Source: Elusimicrobiota bacterium
GTDB taxonomy: Bacteria; Elusimicrobiota; Elusimicrobia; Elusimicrobiales; UBA9959
Length of the DNA: 32,670 nucleotides
Assembly (NCBI GenBank): GCA_022703115.1
Contig: JAKLEK010000003.1
Coordinates: 1 to 32,670 of the forward strand
Direction of reading: 5' to 3'
Made by a program: the position numbers and the translations under genes. This document shows positions 16,153 to 22,439 of this stretch, one piece after another; positions within the stretch are counted from its first letter, which is position 1, and every line of letters begins with the position of its first letter. Below the pieces are notes generated by a model, which was not told where the DNA came from, did not search any database, and worked only from the letters and a program-made list of their open reading frames with translations.

Positions 16153-17046
16153 TTACTCCTTGTCGGCCGTCTTTATCTTGCTTCCGTCCTTGAGGCCGTA
16201 AAGGCCGAAGGTTATGAGGTCCTCTCCGGACTTAAGTCCGGAGGCTATCTGCGTATAGTCGCCGTTGGTTATGCCGGTCCTGACCTCGCGCCTGGAAGCG
16301 GTGTCGTTCAGCGGGACGAAAACGTAGAGGCGGCCCTCGTCTTCCTGTATGGCGGACGAGGGCACCGCTACGGCGCCGGCCCTGGCTCCTACCACCAGGC
16401 GCACCTCGGTGAACATGCCCGATTTAAGCCGGCCGTCCGCGTTTTCCGCCAGGATCTCTATGGCCGCGCTGCGCGTCCTGGAATCCACTACGGGACTGAC
16501 CCTGTAGACTTTGCCGCGAAAGACGGTGTCCGGAAAGGCGTCCACTTTTATGCGCGCGGCCTGGCCGGCGCGCACCTTTCCCACATAGCGCTCCGGCACG
16601 TCCACAACTACGCGCACCTGTCCCTGCGTCACCACCAGGGCTATCGGGGTCTGGGGGGTGACGCTCGCCCCGGAATCCTGATACACGCGTCCCACCACTC
16701 CGTTCAGCGTGGACGGAACCGGCGCCGGCTCGTACTGCACGCCGGGCTCGTCCCTTTCGATCAGGGCCACCGCCTGGTCCTTCTTTACCTGGTCGCCCTC
16801 TGTCAGAAGGTTCCTGAGCAGCTTTCCGGCGACGCGCGGATAGAGCACGGCCTCGTCCATGGCCTTTACCGAGCCGACGAGGGCGATATATTCCTCGATG
16901 TCCTGTACGCGGGCCTTTTCTATCTTCACCAGGAAGCGGTCCTTCTCCAGCTTGTTAAAAGCCTCCAGGTCCTTGTTCCCGCAGCCGGCCGCGGAGACCG
17001 CGGCGGCCGCGGTAAAGATAAGTATGCGGAAGTTGATGCTTTTCAT
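16153..17046 (-). CDS. RND periplasmic adaptor (MFP) lipoprotein lacking the alpha-helical hairpin
   Basis: The lipobox is VSAAGC. Lipoyl, beta-barrel and MP domains are recognisable. Only a 12-residue linker (RDEPGVQYEPAP) sits where AcrA/MexA carry a hairpin of about 60 aa. Confidence 0.85.
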   Translation of the reverse strand: MKSINFRILIFTAAAAVSAAGCGNKDLEAFNKLEKDRFLVKIEKARVQDIEEYIALVGSVKAMDEAVLYPRVAGKLLRNLLTEGDQVKKDQAVALIERDEPGVQYEPAPVPSTLNGVVGRVYQDSGASVTPQTPIALVVTQGQVRVVVDVPERYVGKVRAGQAARIKVDAFPDTVFRGKVYRVSPVVDSRTRSAAIEILAENADGRLKSGMFTEVRLVVGARAGAVAVPSSAIQEDEGRLYVFVPLNDTASRREVRTGITNGDYTQIASGLKSGEDLITFGLYGLKDGSKIKTADKE

Positions 17047-17089
17047 AATGGGTCCTTATATGTCCGGCCGCAGAGCCGGTCGCCGTCGG

Positions 17090-18973
17090 TTATTCCCCAA
17101 GCGTCCATCTCAGCTCGGCGTCCGCCGAGCAGGCGTCGTGCCGCGCCTGGGTGAAAAGGGTCCTGGACCTGTTCAGCGCCAGAGAGGCGTCGTTCAGCTC
17201 CAGCTGGCTGGCCAGGCCGTTCTTGAACCTTACCTCGGTGGCGGCCAGGACCTTCCGGGCCGTTTCCACCGAGGTCGTCTGGGACTCGAGCCTTATGGAG
17301 GCCTCTTTGAGGCCGAGCCACGCTTTTTTCACCGAGATCTTGATCTTGCGCTCCAGTTCCCTGAGTTCGGTGTCGGCTATCTCCGCCTGCAGCCGGGCCT
17401 GCCTTACCTTGGACGAGGTGGAGCCGCCGGAGAAAATGGGCAGGGAAAGCCTGAGCCCGGCGGTGGTGCTCCATGCCCGCTGAGGCCCTTTCGGGAAGCC
17501 GCTGTCCGTCTGTCCCTGGAACTGCCTGGAGGCGAAGGCGCCAAGGTATGGGAAGTGTCCGGCACGTTCCAGCTTTATGGTCTCGCGGTACAGGTCGCGC
17601 CGGATCCTGGCGTCGCGGTATTCCGGGCGGTTCAGCAGAGCCGCTTTGTACAGCTTCTCAAGGTTTTCGTCCCTTGCGGGGGAGCAGGCCAGTTCGCCGG
17701 TAAGGTTCATGTCCGTTTCCGGATCGAGCCCCAGCAGGTTCTTGAACTCAATAAGACCCGACTCGTAAAGGTTCTGGGCCTGGGTCAGGGCGGGTTCCGT
17801 GTTGGATACCTCCACGGTCTGGCGCAGGACCGACAGGTCGCTGGCCACGCCCTGCCTGTACTGCGCCTCTATGGTGGCCAGATGCTGGCGCGCGAGGGAC
17901 AGGGATTCCATCTGGATGGACGCGAAGGCGCTGGAGAGAAGCACGGAATAGTACATCTGTTTCACGGCCTTGGCGACGCCGCTCCTGGCGGTCTTAAGCT
18001 GCTCTTCGCTGTCGGCGGCGTACATGTTCGCCATTCTGATGCCGGTCCTGACCTTGCCGCCGGACCAGAGCACCTGGTCCAGGTCCAGAGAGCCGGAGTA
18101 GGCGTGCTTGAGCCCGACCTTTATCTTGTTTCCGGCGAGGAAGAAGGACGGAGCGCTGATATTCCGGGTGTACTGGCCGCCGGCCGAGAGCTGGGGGAAG
18201 ACCGTTCCCCAGTATTCGCGTATCTTCTCCTTATATATGAGCCTGGCTTCTTCGGCGGTCACCACGGCCGCGTTGTTCTTCAGAGCGGTGGCTACGGCTT
18301 CGTCCACCGTCAGGTCCAGCGCCGAGGCGGAGCCTGGGCCGGAAGGCAGGAGCAGGAGCGTCAGCGCCAGGGCGCGGGCGCCGGCGGAAACCGCTTTCGC
18401 CAGGCGGCGCGGAAGGGCCTTGTCCAGTCCGCGCATGCCGCTTTCCCTGGCCTCGATCATGAAATTCCGGATCACCGCGCTTACCAGATGCAGCAGCGCC
18501 GCTATGCCTGCTTTCGAGAAACCCTCTTTCTCCGCCTCGGTTCCGAGCGTTTCCTCTATGGTCTTCTGGTTCTGTTTTTTCAGCTCCATGGCCATGGTCG
18601 CCAGTACCCCGGAGGAGGGGGATGCCATTATCTTCAGCGCGCATTTGGGCAGGTCCGGGTAACGCTTTATCAGGTCCAGGTAGCCGGAAAAGATCACGTC
18701 GAGGCGCTGCTCGAGGGTCAGCCCCGGTTCCTTTATGCGGGCGTGGATCTCATGAAAGTGCCTTGTTCCTTCAAGGAAAGCGGCGCGGATTAGTTCTTCC
18801 TTGTTCTTGAAATAGTAATAGATGACCGGCTTGGTCACTTTAAGGCGCATGGATATCTCGCGCATCGAGACCCCGTCCGGGCCCCTCTCGGCCATCATTG
18901 CCGAAGCCGTTTCCAGAATGCGCTTGCGCGCCTTGTCGCCTTTTTTCGTGGTGTCACGCCGCTGTGTGGACAT
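17090..18973 (-). CDS. In-frame fusion ORF: TetR/AcrR regulator (aa 1 to about 179), signal-peptide-like segment, and TolC-family outer membrane factor
   Basis: The TetR HTH reads RKRILETASAMMAERGPDGVSMREISMRLKVTKPVIYYYFKNKEELI. It is followed by MRGLDKALPRRLAKAVSAGARALALTLLLLPSGPGSASA and then a full OEP/TolC domain. There is no stop codon in between. An internal ATG lies at 18436. Confidence 0.8.
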   Translation of the reverse strand: MSTQRRDTTKKGDKARKRILETASAMMAERGPDGVSMREISMRLKVTKPVIYYYFKNKEELIRAAFLEGTRHFHEIHARIKEPGLTLEQRLDVIFSGYLDLIKRYPDLPKCALKIMASPSSGVLATMAMELKKQNQKTIEETLGTEAEKEGFSKAGIAALLHLVSAVIRNFMIEARESGMRGLDKALPRRLAKAVSAGARALALTLLLLPSGPGSASALDLTVDEAVATALKNNAAVVTAEEARLIYKEKIREYWGTVFPQLSAGGQYTRNISAPSFFLAGNKIKVGLKHAYSGSLDLDQVLWSGGKVRTGIRMANMYAADSEEQLKTARSGVAKAVKQMYYSVLLSSAFASIQMESLSLARQHLATIEAQYRQGVASDLSVLRQTVEVSNTEPALTQAQNLYESGLIEFKNLLGLDPETDMNLTGELACSPARDENLEKLYKAALLNRPEYRDARIRRDLYRETIKLERAGHFPYLGAFASRQFQGQTDSGFPKGPQRAWSTTAGLRLSLPIFSGGSTSSKVRQARLQAEIADTELRELERKIKISVKKAWLGLKEASIRLESQTTSVETARKVLAATEVRFKNGLASQLELNDASLALNRSRTLFTQARHDACSADAELRWTLGE

Positions 18974-18975
18974 AA

Positions 18976-18999
18976 AATTTACCTACCGGTAGATAAATT
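18976..18999. promoter_or_regulatory. 24-bp near-perfect palindrome, a candidate TetR operator
   Basis: In aatttacctaccggtagataaatt, 11 of 12 half-site positions pair and the core ctaccggtag is perfect. The palindrome lies 3 nt upstream of the TetR-TolC ATG and overlaps the -10 hexamer. Confidence 0.55.
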
Positions 19000-19026
19000 G
19001 TAGCAGAGCCGGCCGTCCGGTGTCAA
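18997..19026 (-). promoter_or_regulatory. Sigma-70 type promoter TTGACA-N18-TACAAT for the efflux operon
   Basis: On the minus strand, TTGACA is at 19026..19021 and TACAAT at 19002..18997, with an 18-nt spacer. Confidence 0.6.
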
Positions 19027-19049
19027 GGGCCTTCCGGCCGTCGGGGGCT

Positions 19050-20087
19050 TCAGCGTCCGGGTGCCTCTCGGACCTCGAGCTGGACCGAGCGGCCTTTGGC
19101 GGCCTGTTCGTCAATGAAGCGGTTGATCAGGACTAGGCAGTCGGGGCGGACCTTTACGCAGCCGGCGGTGTCCCGGAACAGGAAGCTGCGGAACTCGTTG
19201 GCGGCGGATTTCCTTGGGTCCGCCGCGGTCGCGCGGTCGTCCCATCTGTCGGTATGTATGGCCGTTCCGTGCCGGCCGTTGGGGCCGGAGTAGTAGAGCG
19301 GGTTCCTCTTTATCTGGTCCGGGTCTTTTCTGACGTCCGGGAGTTCGAAGACGGGCACTCCGGCGCCCTGAGAGAAGCGCTGGTATCGGGCTGACCATAC
19401 CATGTCCACCGGGGCGATGCCGGAGTATTCGGGGTCGCGCGGATACCAGTGCTTCCAGACTCCGGTGAAGAACGGTTTTTCGTCCGCGTCCGGCCGGAGC
19501 AGGCGCGCGGCGAGTTCTTCTTCGCCGGATAGGTCTTTGCCCAGGAAGGCGATCTTGTATTCGGTAGGGCGCATGTTCCGCAGGTCGTAAATCCCCGGCT
19601 GAGTCGCGCCGTCCGGCTCTTCTTTGGGCGAGTAGAATATGGGCGTTTCGCGGCCGTCGGCTTCGCGCACGGCCGCGGGGACCCAGCCCTTTTTCGGCGT
19701 CAGCGAGGTCGAGCCGCGGCCCAGGGCTTCGCACTGGTGGATGCCTTTGTCGGGGCCTTCCTCTATTTCGAAGGTCAGGGCGCCCGCTTTGGCCCTGTCG
19801 GAGGGGAAAAGGACAAGGATCCGGGAGACGCTTTCTCCGTTCAGGCCCGGGATGCCGTTGAGCCCGAGCGCGGCCAGTCTTCCGCGTATGCCCTGGGTGA
19901 GGGCCGGGCGCATGGTGGTCCTGCCGGGGGCGGGGAAGGGGTCGGGCCAGATATCTTTTTCGGCGGCGCCGGCGGGGCCGGCCGGGGTGAGGGTGCGCCG
20001 GGCGCCGGTGGCGGAACAGGCGGCTAGTACCGTGAGGGCGCAGAGCAGAGCGAGGCGGAGCGCGCGGCAGCCGGAAAGAACTTTCAT
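19050..20087 (-). CDS. Lipoprotein with an L,D-transpeptidase (YkuD)-like C-terminal domain
   Basis: The lipobox is LTVLAAC|S. The C-terminus (GTAIHTD ... DTAGCVKVRPD) resembles the His / Gly-Cys-[IV]-[RK] catalytic signature of the YkuD fold. Confidence 0.5.
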   Translation of the reverse strand: MKVLSGCRALRLALLCALTVLAACSATGARRTLTPAGPAGAAEKDIWPDPFPAPGRTTMRPALTQGIRGRLAALGLNGIPGLNGESVSRILVLFPSDRAKAGALTFEIEEGPDKGIHQCEALGRGSTSLTPKKGWVPAAVREADGRETPIFYSPKEEPDGATQPGIYDLRNMRPTEYKIAFLGKDLSGEEELAARLLRPDADEKPFFTGVWKHWYPRDPEYSGIAPVDMVWSARYQRFSQGAGVPVFELPDVRKDPDQIKRNPLYYSGPNGRHGTAIHTDRWDDRATAADPRKSAANEFRSFLFRDTAGCVKVRPDCLVLINRFIDEQAAKGRSVQLEVREAPGR

Positions 20088-20200
20088 CGGGGAAATTCTA
20101 CGTGTTTTGCCTGCCGCCAGGCAACCGCCGCGTCCCCCGCGCTTCCCGGGGGCCGGGTTCTGTCATCCTTCGGCTGGTTCCCCTGGGTACGCTGGGCTGC

Positions 20201-20320
20201 CGGGGGGCACAGGGGTCCAAGGGCACGCTATCGTCCACACCGTGGCCGCGCTCCCACTCGGCCTCGCCGCTTACGTAAGGCTCGGCCTGCGTGACGGCCC
20301 TTCGACCCCTGTGCCCCCCG
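20201..20320. other. Long imperfect hairpin: 24-position stem (23 pairs, 1 mismatch) enclosing about 72 nt with further internal pairing
   Basis: Positions 20201..20224 (cggggggcacaggggtccaagggc) pair with 20297..20320 (gcccttcgacccctgtgccccccg). The inner segment acgc (20225..20228) pairs with gcgt (20289..20292). Confidence 0.7.
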
Positions 20321-20383
20321 TCAACCGCTCCAAGGGAGTATAGCTATATTCGGTCCTATTAGATTCAAGGACGTTCCTTAATT

Positions 20384-20430
20384 GGAGCGGGAGACAGGGG
20401 AACTGGAAAAGCGGAAGCGTCCGGAGGCCG
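20384..20430 (-). repeat. Copy B of the 47-nt dispersed repeat, inverted relative to 32..78
   Basis: The reverse complement is cggcctccggacgcttccgcttttccagttcccctgtctcccgctcc, which matches 32..78 at 43/47 positions. Confidence 0.85.
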
Positions 20431-20627
20431 AGCATACGAAGCGCGGAGGCCGAGGAACGCAGGCGCGCGTACGGTGTACGCGACGCCGGTTCCGCGTTCC
20501 AGGCCCCTGGCAGGCCCCGCGGACCCTATTTAAGGGTTGACATTATTATGAAAAGGCCCTCGGACTTGGGGGATGGGGATATATATAGTTCACGGGGGAG
20601 TTTAGGAGACAACGGGAGCGGCAGATT

Positions 20628-20636
20628 TGCTAGAAT
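20628..20636 (+). promoter_or_regulatory. Extended -10 element (TGcTAGAAT), a possible tRNA-Leu promoter
   Basis: The sequence tgctagaat lies about 55 nt upstream of the tRNA 5' end. No good -35 element is present. Confidence 0.35.
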
Positions 20637-20690
20637 AGACGGCGCTTGGCGCTTTCCGGGGTTTACGGAAAGACGGGATTTTGGAAAAGC

Positions 20691-20774
20691 GGGCTTGTGG
20701 CGGAACTGGTAGACGCGACGGACTTAAAATCCGTTGACCGCAAGGTCGTGCGGGTTCGAGTCCCGCCTTGCCCA
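20691..20774 (+). tRNA. tRNA-Leu (anticodon TAA), type II with a long variable arm; CCA is not encoded
   Basis: The D arm is gcggaactggtagacgc. The anticodon stem-loop is acgga-cttaaaa-tccgt. The variable arm is gacc-gcaa-ggtc and the T arm is gcggg-ttcgagt-cccgc. The acceptor pairing gggcttg/cttgccc has two adjacent U-U mismatches. Confidence 0.8.
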
Positions 20775-20918
20775 GCCACCTTGGTAGCTTAGGGACTCGA
20801 AGCCGACCCGAGCGCTCGCGGTGCGAGAAGAGTGAGCGAAGCGAACGCAGCGAGGGCGGCCGGCTGCGAAGGAGCGACCGGGAGGGAGCGGGTGAGCAGG
20901 AGTCCCGCCTTGCCCAGC
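20758..20918 (+). repeat. 19-bp perfect direct repeat of the tRNA-Leu 3' end (20758..20776 and 20900..20918) flanking a 123-bp purine-rich spacer
   Basis: The sequence gagtcccgccttgcccagc occurs twice in the same orientation. Confidence 0.85.
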
Positions 20919-20960
20919 TGCCCGAGTGTGTGACGAACGTGATCTTGTGAGGAGAAAAAC

Positions 20961-21593
20961 ATGGGTATAGTTCCGGAAGGGCTCAAACTTATATACGCCG
21001 CCGCCGCCGCGGCCGCCGCGGGCGGGGTCATCTGCGTCTGGTCCAGATGGGCCGGCATCCCTATACTGGCCCTCGGCTCGCTCATCGCCCTTTTCACCGC
21101 GTATTTCTTCCGCGACCCCGAAAGGAACAGGGTCTTCTCGCCTGAAGAGATAGCCTGTCCGGCCGACGGCACGGTCCTCAGCGTGGGTTCCGAAGGCGAT
21201 CCGGACGTGATCGTGGTAAGGATCTTCCTTTCCGTCTTCAACGTCCATCTCCAGCGGGCCACCATCGACGGAAAGATCGAAAGCGTCACTTATACGCGCG
21301 GAAAATTCGAGATAGCGTACAAACCCGAGGCGGTCAAGAACGAGCGCAACCTGATAAAAATAAACGGCGCTAACGGCCGCTTCGCCCATGTGGAACAGCT
21401 GACCGGTTCCATAGCGCGCCGCATCGTCGCCTATGTCGAGGCCGGCGACGAGGTGAAGGCCGGGGAAAGGATCGGAATGATCTACTTCGGCTCCCAGGTG
21501 GCCGTGTACCTGCCCAAGGACGCCTCGGTCCTGGTCAAGCCAGGGGACAAGGTGTACGGAGCGGAGACCGTGCTGGGCCGATGGCCCCGGTAG
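20961..21593 (+). CDS. psd: Phosphatidylserine decarboxylase proenzyme (short, archaetidylserine-decarboxylase-like type)
   Basis: This 210-aa protein has an N-terminal TM segment, FFRDPER, and an FGS self-cleavage motif (MIYFGSQV). GAGGAG lies upstream of the ATG. Confidence 0.85.
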   Translation: MGIVPEGLKLIYAAAAAAAAGGVICVWSRWAGIPILALGSLIALFTAYFFRDPERNRVFSPEEIACPADGTVLSVGSEGDPDVIVVRIFLSVFNVHLQRATIDGKIESVTYTRGKFEIAYKPEAVKNERNLIKINGANGRFAHVEQLTGSIARRIVAYVEAGDEVKAGERIGMIYFGSQVAVYLPKDASVLVKPGDKVYGAETVLGRWPR

Positions 21594-21599
21594 GAGAAC

Positions 21600-22412
21600 A
21601 TGGAACAGACAGCTAAGACCGGCAGGATAGACCTTGTAAAGATAAAGAAGACGGGCGCGGTCGTGCTTCCCTCGCTCTTCACCATCGCCAACATGGCGTT
21701 CGGCTTCTTCTCCATAATTTCGGCCTCCGAACGCAATTACGTGCTGGCCGCCTGGTTCGTCATCATGTCCTACGTGATGGACATGCTGGACGGACGCGTG
21801 GCGCGGCTGGTGCACGGCGAGAGCTCCTTCGGAGTGGAGATAGACTCCCTCTCCGACTGGATGTCGTTCGGCATAGCCCCGGCCTACCTCATGTACAATT
21901 TCGTGCTGAAGGATTACGGCTTCTGGGGATATCCGGTGGCGTTCCTTTACATCCTTTGCGGGGCGCTGCGCCTGGCGAGGTTCAACCTCAAAGCGCATTT
22001 CGGGGAAAGCTCCAAGGTCTATTTCCAGGGGCTGCCGATACCGGCGGCCGCCGGTATCCTCTCGTCGTTCGTGCTGGCCTACAGCATGCTCGAGGCGGGC
22101 GGAAGCGTGCGCAGCGTGAAGATTGTGATGGACCAGATGCCTTTCGTGTACGGCATAACCCCGTTCATCATGATAGCGCTCTCGCTCCTCATGGTCTCGT
22201 CCGTGCCGTACGCCGCGTTCAAACAGGGAAGCGTCCTGAACCCGAAGTCCATCCGCGGGCTGATGCTGATCCTGACCATTCTTTTCCTGATCGCCGCGTA
22301 CCCTCAGGACGCGCTTTTCTTCTTCTTCTCCCTGTACGCCGTATCCGGCCTCCTGGCCGTCATGTACAGGGCTCTGGCTTCCATGCGGAAGCAGCCGACC
22401 CCGGAGGAGTGA
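21600..22412 (+). CDS. pssA: CDP-diacylglycerol--serine O-phosphatidyltransferase
   Basis: The protein has the CDP-alcohol phosphatidyltransferase motif DMLDGRVARLVHGESSFGVEIDSLSD and is polytopic. It is adjacent to psd. Confidence 0.85.
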   Translation: MEQTAKTGRIDLVKIKKTGAVVLPSLFTIANMAFGFFSIISASERNYVLAAWFVIMSYVMDMLDGRVARLVHGESSFGVEIDSLSDWMSFGIAPAYLMYNFVLKDYGFWGYPVAFLYILCGALRLARFNLKAHFGESSKVYFQGLPIPAAAGILSSFVLAYSMLEAGGSVRSVKIVMDQMPFVYGITPFIMIALSLLMVSSVPYAAFKQGSVLNPKSIRGLMLILTILFLIAAYPQDALFFFFSLYAVSGLLAVMYRALASMRKQPTPEE

Positions 22413-22439
22413 TCCGGGGTCGGACGCGCGGCTTCCCGT

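Noticed and set aside
20462-20487. Group II intron domain V or another ribozyme hairpin.
   Set aside because: The loop is 3 nt rather than GNRA. The bulge is a single A on the wrong spacing. There is no AGC triad context, no intron-encoded RT, and no other intron domains.
20537-20542. A consensus TTGACA read as the -35 element of a promoter.
   Set aside because: No acceptable -10 hexamer lies 16-19 nt downstream (the sequence there is tcggac), so it is left as an orphan motif.
20768-20950. A 60-aa ORF (..EKSERSERSEGG..) between the duplicated tRNA-Leu ends.
   Set aside because: It starts inside the tRNA gene and is purine-repeat-driven low complexity, with no RBS. It is most likely non-coding spacer.
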